Positions 46,121 to 56,194 of a DNA stretch of 64,000 nt are shown here, in pieces. A program made the position numbers and the translations under genes. The DNA is from Alphaproteobacteria bacterium (GTDB lineage Bacteria; Pseudomonadota; Alphaproteobacteria; MPNO01): positions 576,001 through 640,000 of the forward strand of contig OZ219866.1 in the NCBI GenBank assembly GCA_964291675.2, read 5' to 3'. The notes under the pieces were generated by a model, which saw only the letters and a program-made list of their open reading frames with translations, was not told the origin of the DNA and did no database searches. How positions within the stretch are numbered: the stretch's first letter is position 1; every line of letters begins with the position of its first letter.

Positions 46121-47793
46121 TGCCCGCCCCCGCCGACCTCGTGGTCACCCGCGGCAAGGTGATCACGGCGGACCCGAAGAACCGCATCGCCGAGGCGGTG
46201 GCGGTCTCGGGCGAGCGCATTTCCGCGGTCGGCGGGGCGGCCGAGATCGAGACCCTGACCGGGCCGGCGACGCGGCGCATCGACGCCGGCGGGCGCGCGG
46301 TGACGCCCGGGCTGATCGACGGCCACGCCCATCTCGACCGCGAGGGGCTGAAGCCGGTCTTCCCCTCGCTCGCCGGCTGCCGGTCGATCGACGACGTGCT
46401 GGCGCGCATCCGGGCATTGGCCGCCGAGGCGGAGCCCGGCGAATGGATCGTCACCATGCCGATCGGCGAGCCGCCCTATTACTGGGACGTGCCCAACAAC
46501 CTCGCGGAAGGCCGCTTCCCGACGCGCCGGGAGCTCGACGGCGCGGCGCCCGACAACCCCGTCTATATCCGCCCGATCTGGGGTTTCTGGCGCCATATCC
46601 TACCGCTGACCTCGATCGCCAACTCGGCCGCCCTCGACGCCGCCGGGATCGGCCGCGACACGCCCGACCCGTCCGCCTCGATCGAGATCGAGCGCGACCC
46701 CGGGACCGGCGAGCCCAACGGCATCATCCACGAGCACACCTACATGCCGGTCATCGAGCTCAGCCACTTCAGCCGGGCGCCGCGCTTCACCCATGCCGAC
46801 CGGGTGGCCGGAATCGAGGCGGCGATGCGGATCTACAACCGGACCGGGACCACCAGCGTCTTCGAGGAGCACGGCGCGGCGCAGGAGCTGATCCAGGCCT
46901 GGCAGGCGGTACACGCGGCGGGCAGGGCGACGGTCCGCGCCAAGCTCGTCTTCAGCCCGTCCTGGGGGCCGGAGCGCGACATCGACTACACCCATGCGCT
47001 GCGCTCCTGGTCGGGCTGGCTCGGCGGGCGCGGGCTCGGCGACGACTGGCTCGCGGTGGGCGGGCTCTATACCGAGTTCGGCTTCGATGCGGATGCGCTC
47101 TTGCGCGCCCGGGCCTCGCCCTATACCGGCTGGTCGGGGTTCAACTACGATTGCGGCGTGCCGCGCGGCAAGATGGTCGACTTCCTGACCGAGGCGGCGC
47201 GCAACTCGATCCGCATCTGCGCGCTCTGGCCCCAATTCCTGCCGCTGTTCGCGGAGGTCGACAAGCGGGTGCCGATCGCGGAGAAGCGCTGGGTGCTCGG
47301 CCACATCAACACGCTGGGCCCGGACGAGATAAGGCGCGTGGCCGATCTCGGCCTGGTGCTGACCACCCACACCAACCGCTACATCCACAAGCAGTCGCAC
47401 ATCACCCGGGACGAGATCGGCGCGGACCGCGAGAACGACATCGTGCCGATCAGGAGCCTGCTGGAGACGGGCGTCCATGTCGCGCTCGCCACCGACAACG
47501 TGCCGACCAGCCTGTTCTACCCGGTCTGGCAGTCGGTGGCGCGCAAGAGCCTGCACACCGGGGAGCGCATCGCCCCGGACCAGGCGCTCACGCGCGAAGA
47601 CGCGCTGCGCTGCGCCACGATCGAGGGCGCGTGGCTCACCTTCGAGGAGGACCGCAAGGGCTCGCTGGAGGAAGGCAAGCTCGCCGACATGGCGATACTG
47701 TCGGACGATCCGCTGACCTGCCCGGAAGACGCAATCAAGGACATCGTCGCCGAGACCGTCATCGTCGGCGGCGCCGTCGTGTACGAGGGCTAG
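46120..47793 (+). CDS. Amidohydrolase family 3 (YtcJ-like)
   Basis: PGLIDGHAH, KGSLEEGKLAD; TGATG coupling. Confidence 0.88.
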   Translation: MPAPADLVVTRGKVITADPKNRIAEAVAVSGERISAVGGAAEIETLTGPATRRIDAGGRAVTPGLIDGHAHLDREGLKPVFPSLAGCRSIDDVLARIRALAAEAEPGEWIVTMPIGEPPYYWDVPNNLAEGRFPTRRELDGAAPDNPVYIRPIWGFWRHILPLTSIANSAALDAAGIGRDTPDPSASIEIERDPGTGEPNGIIHEHTYMPVIELSHFSRAPRFTHADRVAGIEAAMRIYNRTGTTSVFEEHGAAQELIQAWQAVHAAGRATVRAKLVFSPSWGPERDIDYTHALRSWSGWLGGRGLGDDWLAVGGLYTEFGFDADALLRARASPYTGWSGFNYDCGVPRGKMVDFLTEAARNSIRICALWPQFLPLFAEVDKRVPIAEKRWVLGHINTLGPDEIRRVADLGLVLTTHTNRYIHKQSHITRDEIGADRENDIVPIRSLLETGVHVALATDNVPTSLFYPVWQSVARKSLHTGERIAPDQALTREDALRCATIEGAWLTFEEDRKGSLEEGKLADMAILSDDPLTCPEDAIKDIVAETVIVGGAVVYEG

Positions 47794-47796
47794 GCG

Positions 47797-48885
47797 ATGA
47801 AGATCCAGGAGCTCGACACCCCGGTGCTGCTGGTCGACGCCGATGCGTTCGAGCGCAACGTGGCCCGCATGGCGAAGCTCTGCGCGGATGCCGGCGTGGC
47901 CTGCCGGCCGCATGCCAAGGCGCACAAATCGCCCGAGGTCGCGCGCATCCAGATGGAAGCCGGCGCGGTCGGCCTGTGCTGCGCCAAGCTCGGCGAGGCC
48001 GAGGTGCTGGCGGCGGCGGGGATCGAGGACCTCCACATCACCACGCCGGTGGTCGGGGCGTCCAAGATCATGCGGTTGACCGCCGCCGCCCGGCAGGCGC
48101 GCATCTCGGTCGTCGCCGACGATGCGGACAACATCTCGGACCTCGCCGCCGGGGCGCAGACCGCGGGGCTCAGGCTCGACGTGCTGGTCGAGGTCGATGT
48201 CGGGCAGGGCCGCTGCGGCGTCCCGCCGGGACCGCGCGCCGCCGAGCTCGCGCGGCTGGTCGACGGCCACGACTGGCTCCGTTTCCGCGGGCTCCAGGCC
48301 TATCACGGCCGGATCCAGATGACCGGCAATATCGACGAGCGGCGCGCCGGGGCCGCGGCGGCGCTGGAGAAGGCCGAGCTCTCGGCCCGGCTGGTGCGCG
48401 AGGCCGGGCTGGAGGTGGACGTGCTGACCGGCGGCGGCACCGGGACCTCGGCGATCGACGCCGCCGCCGGCGGGCTCACCGAGCTGCAGCCGGGCTCCTA
48501 CATCTTCATGGACACCAATTACAGCGCCATCGAGTGGGAGGGCGCGCCGGCACCGCCCTTCGAGAGCGCGCTCACCGTGCTCGCCGGGGTGCTCAGCCGG
48601 CCCGCCCCCGACCGGGCGATCCTCGATTCCGGCATGAAGGCGATCAGCGGCGACGGCGGCGCGCCGCGCGCGCCCGAATTTGCCGCGGCGGCGTTCCGCT
48701 TCGCCGGCGACGAGCACGGCGAGCTCGCCTTCCCCGGCGAGGCGCCGCTGAAGGTGGGCGACAAGGTGACCCTGCTGCCGAGCCACTGCGACACCACCGT
48801 CAACCTGCATGACCGCTTCATCGTCACCCGAGGCGACGAGGTGGAGGCGGTCTGGGAAATCGCCGCGCGGGGGCGGTCGCAGTAG
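47797..48885 (+). CDS. DSD1-family PLP enzyme (D-threonine/3-hydroxy-D-aspartate aldolase-like)
   Basis: LDTPVLL, RPHAKAHK, GGGTGT, ELQPGSYIFMD, PSHCDTTVN. Confidence 0.9.
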   Translation: MKIQELDTPVLLVDADAFERNVARMAKLCADAGVACRPHAKAHKSPEVARIQMEAGAVGLCCAKLGEAEVLAAAGIEDLHITTPVVGASKIMRLTAAARQARISVVADDADNISDLAAGAQTAGLRLDVLVEVDVGQGRCGVPPGPRAAELARLVDGHDWLRFRGLQAYHGRIQMTGNIDERRAGAAAALEKAELSARLVREAGLEVDVLTGGGTGTSAIDAAAGGLTELQPGSYIFMDTNYSAIEWEGAPAPPFESALTVLAGVLSRPAPDRAILDSGMKAISGDGGAPRAPEFAAAAFRFAGDEHGELAFPGEAPLKVGDKVTLLPSHCDTTVNLHDRFIVTRGDEVEAVWEIAARGRSQ

Positions 48886-48906
48886 GGTTCTGGGCGCCCC
48901 CTTGGC

Positions 48907-49476
48907 CTATCGCCCAACGCCTTCCAACATGTCGGAAAAGGCCATCCGCAGCGGCGTTCGAACGATGGCGGGAGCGTTCCGGATGTACTGAAAAGCCCTT
49001 TCCCGCTCGTCGCCACGTAGGGTCTTCAGGTATCGCATCGCGGCGTCGACCGAAAAACGTTCGCCGGTCTTGTCTTCGAAGTTACCTGGAAGATCGGTCC
49101 ACACCACGCCATCGAACCCGCGTTTGTCAGCCCAGTCTTCGATTGCGGAGAGCGCATTGGCATCGCGGCCGCGCCGGTCGCCTGCAACCGAGTGCATGCC
49201 GATGAATTTCCGGTGCGTATTCTCGCGTTTCCTGAGATCTTCCGCGGCGTCGCCGATCCGGTCGCGTCGACTCAACGCCCATGCGACTTGCGCGTCCATC
49301 CCGTTCTCGCTGTCGATCACCAGCGTAAGGGCACCCCGCCTTTTCTCGGAAATACGGGAGAACTCGAGCTTGAGCGTGGGTCCATCGTAGCACCAGGGCC
49401 CGTGACGATCGTCGAACTCCTCGCCCCCGTCCCACAAGAGCGATGCCCAACCGAGCAAGGCGACTTTTTCTGTCAT
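48907..49476 (-). CDS. Hypothetical protein, possible gamma-glutamylcyclotransferase-like fold
   Basis: VALLGWASLLW...DGPTLKLEFSRIS...LTLVI...RE; GAGG RBS; ATGA coupling to upstream gene; lower GC. Confidence 0.6.
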   Translation of the reverse strand: MTEKVALLGWASLLWDGGEEFDDRHGPWCYDGPTLKLEFSRISEKRRGALTLVIDSENGMDAQVAWALSRRDRIGDAAEDLRKRENTHRKFIGMHSVAGDRRGRDANALSAIEDWADKRGFDGVVWTDLPGNFEDKTGERFSVDAAMRYLKTLRGDERERAFQYIRNAPAIVRTPLRMAFSDMLEGVGR

Positions 49477-50060
49477 TGTGCTCTCCTCGAGCGGTACGGC
49501 CCGCGACTCGCCAGGATAGCAAGTAACGGCATGACGACAACGCAGACAACGGCCAAGATCTCGTTCCCGTATCGGATGCCTTGCAGCGCATCCGTCCCAA
49601 GCGACCCCAGCCACAGACCGACGACGCCGAGACAGACGCCCACCATGCCAAGCCGCGTGCCCAGCCTGACGGACAGATCGGGGTGATGACACGCCGCACG
49701 CAATGAAGGCCAGACGGGCATCCGGGTGGATACGACGCTGAGACTCACCATATCCGTTACGTTATCCGGCGACGTAGTGCACGGGATTCTCAGGGCCTCC
49801 CGGTACCATTCCGCCATTACGAGGGTAGCGCGCCGCTCAGCCAAGGCGATCCTTCCAGAACCCGAGTTGTAGTGGTTTCGGAAATTGGCGTCGATCGTTC
49901 GAGCTTCGACGAAAATCCGGAACCGGCGACCCCGCACACACCTGTCGATCCTGACCACGGCTCTGGGCGCGAACGATTTCCCGGGCGTCTGCACCCAAAC
50001 CCATCCGTCATTCGTTTCTTCCGACAGCGCGGCACGGATGATGAAGTCGATTTCGGTCAC
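49473..50060 (-). CDS. Hypothetical membrane protein (two C-terminal TM helices)
   Basis: GGAG RBS; soluble N-domain then two hydrophobic stretches (LGMVGVCLGVVGLWLG; ILAVVCVVVMPLLAIL); lower GC. Confidence 0.65.
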   Translation of the reverse strand: MTEIDFIIRAALSEETNDGWVWVQTPGKSFAPRAVVRIDRCVRGRRFRIFVEARTIDANFRNHYNSGSGRIALAERRATLVMAEWYREALRIPCTTSPDNVTDMVSLSVVSTRMPVWPSLRAACHHPDLSVRLGTRLGMVGVCLGVVGLWLGSLGTDALQGIRYGNEILAVVCVVVMPLLAILASRGPYRSRRAQ

Positions 50061-50169
50061 TCAACTGGCTCCCTACACGCAAGAGGCCCTTCGACCCTGA
50101 ACGCCCACGCGTGCCGAATGCCGCGACACCGACGACCGGACGCTCTACACGTCGGTCTGGTGTCTCGGA

Positions 50170-50436
50170 TCACGCAGATTTCTCTGGAGCAGGCCTTTCG
50201 AATTCGTCCTCGATCGCTTGGCGAATGCGTCGGTGCTCATCGCCAAGATGGGAGAGAACTCCGAAGCCGGCCATCCATGGCGGCTCCGCGTCGCTGCCGC
50301 CGTACTCCGCGGCACGGGTCGGAAGCTGAGCCAAGAGCGCGTCGCTGACGAAACGTTGCAACGTGACGGCTCGCGCCGCAGCGCTTGTTTTGGCCCATCG
50401 GAATAACCCGCCGGGAATTTCGATGGTAATCTTCAT
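50170..50436 (-). CDS. Ribbon-helix-helix antitoxin-like protein (orphan)
   Basis: MKITIEIPGGLFRWAK..AA...TL..FV..AL; acidic C-terminus; TATGG direct repeat upstream. Confidence 0.65.
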   Translation of the reverse strand: MKITIEIPGGLFRWAKTSAAARAVTLQRFVSDALLAQLPTRAAEYGGSDAEPPWMAGFGVLSHLGDEHRRIRQAIEDEFERPAPEKSA

Positions 50437-50492
50437 CGTCCCATACAACCATAAATCTGAACGGAGCGAAATCTCTCCGGCTCCCAACCCCC

Positions 50493-51605
50493 TCAAAGCC
50501 GCGCCTCCAGCCAATCCAGCATCAGCGGCACGTTGTGGGCCCAGGCGTCGTGGGCGCAGTGGGCGATGCCGCCGAGCCTGGGGTCGTCGTAGATCTTGAG
50601 CGTCTTGTCGGAAGCGCCGATCTCGGCGAACAGGCGTTCGGCGCCGCGCACGTCCATCAGCCGGTCGGGGCGCGGGTGGTTGATAAGCGTCGGGCAGGCG
50701 ATGTTCTGGGCGAGCCCCTCCATTGTGTAGGCCTTGAGCAGCGCCAGCGCCTCCTCGTGGGTGACGCCGCCGAGCAGGCGCCGCAGCGTCGGCTTGAGCC
50801 CGTCATAGAACAGGTAGATGTCGTCGAGCAGCGAGTAGCAGCCGCACCAGGCGACCAGCGCCTTGACCCGGTCGTCGAAGGCGGCGACGCGGGGCGCGTA
50901 GTAGCCCGCCATCGAGATCCCCATCAGCCCGATCCGCCCGGCGTCGACCTCCGGGCGGGCGGCAAGCCAGTCGATCGCCGCCATGCCGGGGACCTCGTAG
51001 TCGGGCCGCGTCGGGATGTTCTTGAGATACATCGACGAGCCGCGCCCCGGCGTGTCGACCAGCAGCATGGCGATGCCGCGCTCCAGCATCTGCCTGCCGG
51101 AGAAATAGATCTCCTCGGCATAGGCGTCCGCGCCGCCGATGAAGAACACCGCCGGCCACTTCGCCCCGGGCGCGGGGTCGACCGGGTGGCAGAAATACCC
51201 GTCATAGGTCTCGGCGCCGCAGGCGACCTCGATGACTTCGATGCGCGGCGAGTGGAGCTTGGCCGCCTCGCGGAAGCAGGTCTGCGCCCTGAGAAACCGC
51301 TCCGCCCGGTCGGCGGCGCGGTCCTCGCCGAGGAACACGTCCGCCATGCGCCAGTACTGGTTGGCGTGGAAGAAATATTTCATCGCCGTGGTGGTTCGCC
51401 CGCCGGCCAGGGCCTCGCGGGCGAGCCCTTCGATGCGCTCCGCCAGCGCCACCCATTCCCGTTCCCAGCTCTCGGTGTCCCCCTCCTCGATCTCGCGGCA
51501 GCAGCGCGCGATGTCGAACACGTCGCCGCCGCCCTGCTGGGCCTCGGCGACCAGGCGAAGGGTCTGCGAGCCGAAGGCATGGCTCGGGAACAGGAAATCG
51601 AACAC
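50493..51605 (-). CDS. Alpha/beta hydrolase (2,6-dihydroxypseudooxynicotine hydrolase/FrsA-like)
   Basis: FIGGADAYAEE, DTPGRG, GISMAGYYAPR, AHC; GGAGG RBS. Confidence 0.88.
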   Translation of the reverse strand: MFDFLFPSHAFGSQTLRLVAEAQQGGGDVFDIARCCREIEEGDTESWEREWVALAERIEGLAREALAGGRTTTAMKYFFHANQYWRMADVFLGEDRAADRAERFLRAQTCFREAAKLHSPRIEVIEVACGAETYDGYFCHPVDPAPGAKWPAVFFIGGADAYAEEIYFSGRQMLERGIAMLLVDTPGRGSSMYLKNIPTRPDYEVPGMAAIDWLAARPEVDAGRIGLMGISMAGYYAPRVAAFDDRVKALVAWCGCYSLLDDIYLFYDGLKPTLRRLLGGVTHEEALALLKAYTMEGLAQNIACPTLINHPRPDRLMDVRGAERLFAEIGASDKTLKIYDDPRLGGIAHCAHDAWAHNVPLMLDWLEARL

Positions 51606-51683
51606 CGCGTCCTCCCTCGATTGGCGCTGCGCCATATTCCCCGTAGACTCCGGGCCGCGCAAACCGGAGGGCGGAGAGGGGCG

Positions 51684-52730
51684 ATGTTCCTGCGCAATTG
51701 CTGGTACGTGGCGGCGTGGAGCCACGAGGTCGGGGAAGAGCCGCTCCCCCGCACGCTGCTGGACGAGGCCCTCGTCCTGTTCCGCACCCGGGACGGCGCC
51801 CCGGCCGCGCTGGAGGACCGCTGCTGCCACCGGGCGCTGCCGCTCTCGATGGGAACCGTCGAGGACGGGGGGCTTCGCTGCGCCTATCACGGGCTCTTGT
51901 TCGATCGCCGCGGCGCCTGCATCGAGGTGCCGGGCCAGACCCGCGTGCCGCCGGGCGGCAAGGTCAGGTCCTACCCCCTTGTGGAGCGGGCGGGATGGAT
52001 CTGGATCTGGATGGGCGAGGCGGCGCCCGACGAGAGCCTGCTGCCCGACTGGTGGTGGATGGACCATCCGGGCTGGAAGACCGTGCCGGGCAACAACGGC
52101 GCGCCGCTCCATTCGCGGTGCAGCCACCGGCTGATCGTCGACAACCTGCTCGACCTCTCCCATCTCGCCTTCGTCCATACCGACACCATCGGCAATGACG
52201 AGATCACCCGCTTTCCCTGCCGCACCGAGCGCGACGGGCGGTCGGTCCGCATGGAACGGCTGATGCCCGCGGTGGAGCCGCCGCCGTTCTACCGGGCGGC
52301 CGGCGGCTTCGCGGGCAAGGTCGACCGCTGGCAGGCGGTCGAGGCCATGCTGCCCTGCCATGTCGATGTCGATGTCGGCTGCACGGAGGTCGGGCGCGGC
52401 GCGCTGGACGGCGACCGGGTGCAGGGGACCGCCTTCCACGTGCCCAACTGCCCGACGCCGGAGACCGAGCGCACCACGCACCATTTCTACGCCCATACCC
52501 GCCTGTTCGGGATCGACAGCGCGGAGCTGGACGAGGTGTTCCGCACCGACTTCCTCAGGGTGTTCCGCGAGGATTTGGAGATCATGGAAGCCCAGCAGCG
52601 CGTGTTCGAGTCCCGTCCCGACGCGCCGCTGGTCGACATCAATGTCGATGCGCCGGCGCTCGCCTTCAGGCGGATGCGGGAAGAGGCGCTGGAGCGGGAA
52701 GCCGAAGCCGGGAGGGAGACCGCCGCATGA
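51684..52730 (+). CDS. Rieske oxygenase, VanA-like
   Basis: MFLRNCWYVAAW, CCHR...CAYHG, DNLLDLSHLAFVH. Confidence 0.92.
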   Translation: MFLRNCWYVAAWSHEVGEEPLPRTLLDEALVLFRTRDGAPAALEDRCCHRALPLSMGTVEDGGLRCAYHGLLFDRRGACIEVPGQTRVPPGGKVRSYPLVERAGWIWIWMGEAAPDESLLPDWWWMDHPGWKTVPGNNGAPLHSRCSHRLIVDNLLDLSHLAFVHTDTIGNDEITRFPCRTERDGRSVRMERLMPAVEPPPFYRAAGGFAGKVDRWQAVEAMLPCHVDVDVGCTEVGRGALDGDRVQGTAFHVPNCPTPETERTTHHFYAHTRLFGIDSAELDEVFRTDFLRVFREDLEIMEAQQRVFESRPDAPLVDINVDAPALAFRRMREEALEREAEAGRETAA

Positions 52731-54079
52731 GGATGAAACCGCTCTGGCAGCTCGCCGAAGATCTCGCCGAAGGCCGCACGACGTCGGCTGCGCTCACCGC
52801 CCAGTGCTTCGACCGGATCGAGGACCCCGACGGCGAGGGCGCGCGCGCCTTCATCCGCCTGTTCAAGGACGCCGCGATGGATGCGGCCGAGGCGTCCGAC
52901 CGGGCGCGCGGCCACGGGATCGTCCCCTCGCCGCTCGCCGGCATCCCGGTCTCGATCAAGGATCTGTGCGACGTCAGGGGCTACACCACGCTCGCCGGGT
53001 CGAAGGCTCTGGCGGACCGCCCGCCGGCGGAGGCGGACGCGCCGGTGGTCGCCCGGCTGCGCGCCGCCGGCGCGGTCGTCCTCGGCACCACCAACATGAC
53101 CGAGTTCGCCTTCGGCGCGCTCGGCCTCAACCCGCACTACGACACGCCGCGCAACCCGTGGGACCGCGCGACCGGGCGCATCCCCGGCGGCTCGTCCTCG
53201 GGCGCCGCGGTTTCGGTCAGCGACGGGATGGCGGCGGTCGCGCTCGGCAGCGACACCGCGGGATCGGTGCGCATGCCGGCCGGGTTCTGCGGCATTACCG
53301 GCTTCAAGCCGACGACGGGGCGCATCCCGATCGACGGGCTGGTGCCGCTCGCCGCCACGCTCGACAGCGTGGGCCCGCTCGGCAACAGCGTGCAATGCTG
53401 CGCGCTGGTGGATGCGATCTTCGCCGGCCAGACGCCCGAACCCGTCGCCCCGCACCCGGTCGAGCATGCGACGATCGCGGTGCCCAAGCGCCTCGTCTGC
53501 GACGACCTCGACGACGCGGTGGCGAGCGGCTTCGAGGCCGCGCTGCGCCGGCTTTCCGCCGCCGGCGCAAGGCTCGTCGACATCGAGTTCGCGGAGCTCG
53601 ACGAGATCGCGCCGCTCAATGCGGGCGGCACGCTGCCGATCATGGAGGGCCTGGCCTGGCACCGCGAATTGCTGGCGGAGAAGGGCGAGCTCTACGACCC
53701 GATCATCGCGCAGCGCCTGCGCAACGGGGCCGGCATCCCGGCGCATGTCTATCTCGACCTGCTGGCGGCGCGGCGCGACCTGATCGCCCGCGCCGATGCC
53801 GTCACCGCGCCCTACGATGCGGTCGCCATGCCGACGCTCGCCTGGGTGGCGCCGCCGATCCTCGCGATCGGCAACAGCGCCGAGGAGTGGCTGGCGGCGA
53901 ACTCGCGGACGCTGCGCAACACCTTCGTCGGCAACTTCCTCGACCGCTGCGCCATCACCCTGCCCTGCCACGAGCCCGGCTCCGGGCCGGTCGGGCTGAT
54001 GCTGATGGGCGCGCGCGGCGGGGATGCCGCGCTGTTGAGCCTGGCGGCGGGGGTGGAGGACGCGCTCACCGGCCGCTGA
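52727..54079 (+). CDS. Amidase signature family protein
   Basis: [25 protein letters not shown]. Confidence 0.93.
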   Translation: MRMKPLWQLAEDLAEGRTTSAALTAQCFDRIEDPDGEGARAFIRLFKDAAMDAAEASDRARGHGIVPSPLAGIPVSIKDLCDVRGYTTLAGSKALADRPPAEADAPVVARLRAAGAVVLGTTNMTEFAFGALGLNPHYDTPRNPWDRATGRIPGGSSSGAAVSVSDGMAAVALGSDTAGSVRMPAGFCGITGFKPTTGRIPIDGLVPLAATLDSVGPLGNSVQCCALVDAIFAGQTPEPVAPHPVEHATIAVPKRLVCDDLDDAVASGFEAALRRLSAAGARLVDIEFAELDEIAPLNAGGTLPIMEGLAWHRELLAEKGELYDPIIAQRLRNGAGIPAHVYLDLLAARRDLIARADAVTAPYDAVAMPTLAWVAPPILAIGNSAEEWLAANSRTLRNTFVGNFLDRCAITLPCHEPGSGPVGLMLMGARGGDAALLSLAAGVEDALTGR

Positions 54080-54842
54080 AGTTCGGCTTGCGCTTGTCTA
54101 TGAAGGCCGCCATGCCCTCACCCTGGTCGGCGGTGCCGAAGGTTGCCTGGAACAGCCGGCGCTCGAAGCGCACGCCCTCGCTGAGCGACACTTCGTAGGC
54201 GCGATCCACCGATTCCTTGACCATCAGCGCGATGGGAAGCGACATGCCGGCGATCTTCTGCGCCGCCTCGACGGCTTCGTCGATCAGCCGGTCGGGGGCG
54301 ACGACGCGGCTCACCAGCCCGGCGCGCTCGGCCTCGTCGGCATCCATCGTCCGCCCGGTGAGGCACATGTCCATCGCCTTGGACTTGCCGACAAAGCGGG
54401 TCAGCCGCTGGGTCCCGCCGGCCCCGGGGGTGACGCCGAGCTGGATCTCGGGCTGGCCGAAGCGCGCGGTCTCCGCGGCGATGATGAAGTCGCACATCAT
54501 CGCCAGCTCGCAGCCGCCGCCGAGCGCATAGCCCGCCACCGCGGCGATCACCGGCTTGCGGCAGCGCAGGATGGACTCCCAGTCGGCGGTGATGAAGTCC
54601 TCGGTATAGGTGTCGGGCCAGCTCTTGGACTGCATCTCCTTGATGTCGGCGCCGGCCGCGAATGCCTTCTCGGAGCCGGTCAGCACCACCGCGCCGATCG
54701 AGGCATCGGCCTCGAACGCGCCCAGCGCATCGCCGAGCTCGCGAACCAGCGGCGTCGACAGCGCGTTGAGCACGTTGGGGCGGTTCAGCGCGATCAGCCC
54801 GACCGAGTCGCGGGTCTCGACGATGATGTTCTCGTAAGCCAT
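54066..54842 (-). CDS. Enoyl-CoA hydratase
   Basis: [39 protein letters not shown]. Confidence 0.95.
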   Translation of the reverse strand: MAYENIIVETRDSVGLIALNRPNVLNALSTPLVRELGDALGAFEADASIGAVVLTGSEKAFAAGADIKEMQSKSWPDTYTEDFITADWESILRCRKPVIAAVAGYALGGGCELAMMCDFIIAAETARFGQPEIQLGVTPGAGGTQRLTRFVGKSKAMDMCLTGRTMDADEAERAGLVSRVVAPDRLIDEAVEAAQKIAGMSLPIALMVKESVDRAYEVSLSEGVRFERRLFQATFGTADQGEGMAAFIDKRKPNFSGR

Positions 54843-54854
54843 GGATGCCTCGTT

Positions 54855-55253
54855 CTATTGGGGGTTGGAGAGCTGTCGGGTGAGCACGATCCGGACGGAA
54901 GTCCCGTCGGGCCCGGAATCGAGCTCGAGTTCGAGCGCCTCGCCGTCCCGGCGGTAGCGGTCGGGCGGGGTGCAGCCTGGCCGGGCGCATTCCGGCTCCC
55001 AGCCGAGCGGCGGCAGAGACAGGAGGTAGAACCGCCGGACGGCGGCGGGCTCCACCGGTCCCGAGGCGACCGCGGTCGCGACCTGTCCCGTCGCGTGGTC
55101 GAACACCACCGCCTCTTCGGGTCGTTCGGTCAGGCCGGGCATCAGCGGCAGGTCGCTGAACGCGGCGAAGAATTCGCCGGCCCGGGCGTCCGGGACGGCC
55201 AGCAGGGCGGCGAGCGCGAACGGAATCGCCAGGCGATGTCGCCGCACAGCCAC
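54855..55253 (-). CDS. Exported hypothetical protein
   Basis: Signal peptide; DLPLMPGL...FY...LP.LGW; lies between mutM and the hydratase gene. Confidence 0.7.
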   Translation of the reverse strand: MAVRRHRLAIPFALAALLAVPDARAGEFFAAFSDLPLMPGLTERPEEAVVFDHATGQVATAVASGPVEPAAVRRFYLLSLPPLGWEPECARPGCTPPDRYRRDGEALELELDSGPDGTSVRIVLTRQLSNPQ

Positions 55254-55256
55254 GCT

Positions 55257-56102
55257 TCAGCGCTGGCGCTCTGCGCAGTAGAAGGTGGAGCGTCCGGACT
55301 GGACGATCCGCCGTATCGCGCCGCCGCAATCGCATCCCGGGCAGGGCTCGCCCTCGCGCCCGTAGACCTTGAACCGATGCTGGAAATAGCCGAGCTCGCC
55401 GTCGGGCGCGACATGGTCGCGCAGCGACGAGCCGCCGGCGTCGATCGCGGACGCGAGGGTCTCGCGGATCGCCCGGGCCAGCCGCCCGGCCCGCGCCTTC
55501 CCGACATTGGCGGCGAGCCGCCGCGGCGAGATCCCGGCGGCGAACAGGCTCTCGCAGGCATAGATATTGCCGAGCCCGGCGACGACGCGCTGGTCGAGCA
55601 GGGCCGCCTTGACGGGCGTGCGCTTGCCGGCCAGCAGGGACCGCAGCCGCGCCCCGTCGAAATCGGCCTCCGTGGGTTCGGGTCCGAGACGGGCGATCAG
55701 CGGGTGGTCGGCGAGCCCGCCGCCCGCGACCCAGTCCATCATCCCGAAACGCCTGGGATCGGCGAAGCGCACGAACGTCCGGTTGCCGAGCACGAAGGTG
55801 ACGTGCTCGTGGCTGGCGAGCGGGTGGGAGGACTGGGCGTCGGACCCGTTCTCGTCGACGATCATGCGTCCCGACATGCCGAGATGGGCGAGCAGGACGC
55901 CGCCGTCGTCGAGGCCGATGGTCAGGTATTTCGCCCGCCTGCCGACCGCGGTCACGGTCCGGCCGAGCAGCCGCGTCTCGAAATCGTCGGGCAGCGGCCA
56001 TCTCAGATCGCGGCGCGCCACGCGCACGCCGTCGATGCGCCGGCCTTCCATGGCGCGCGCGAGGCCGCGGCGGACGGTTTCGACCTCGGGAAGCTCGGGC
56101 AT
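55257..56102 (-). CDS. mutM: Formamidopyrimidine-DNA glycosylase
   Basis: MPELPEVE, HLGMSG, GLGNIYACE, C-terminal zinc finger. Confidence 0.97.
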   Translation of the reverse strand: MPELPEVETVRRGLARAMEGRRIDGVRVARRDLRWPLPDDFETRLLGRTVTAVGRRAKYLTIGLDDGGVLLAHLGMSGRMIVDENGSDAQSSHPLASHEHVTFVLGNRTFVRFADPRRFGMMDWVAGGGLADHPLIARLGPEPTEADFDGARLRSLLAGKRTPVKAALLDQRVVAGLGNIYACESLFAAGISPRRLAANVGKARAGRLARAIRETLASAIDAGGSSLRDHVAPDGELGYFQHRFKVYGREGEPCPGCDCGGAIRRIVQSGRSTFYCAERQR

Positions 56103-56194
56103 GCCGAAACCTAGCGGATTTTCTCGCGGAGTCGACTCCGCCCGCCCGACATGCTCGTTGGCTAGGGCGCATGCATCGGATTATGGTCGCCGCG

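Noticed and set aside
1-49476. Oxoprolinase, GGT and GGCT-like gene as one gamma-glutamyl cycle system
   Set aside because: Genes are far apart in unrelated contexts and the GGCT call is tentative.
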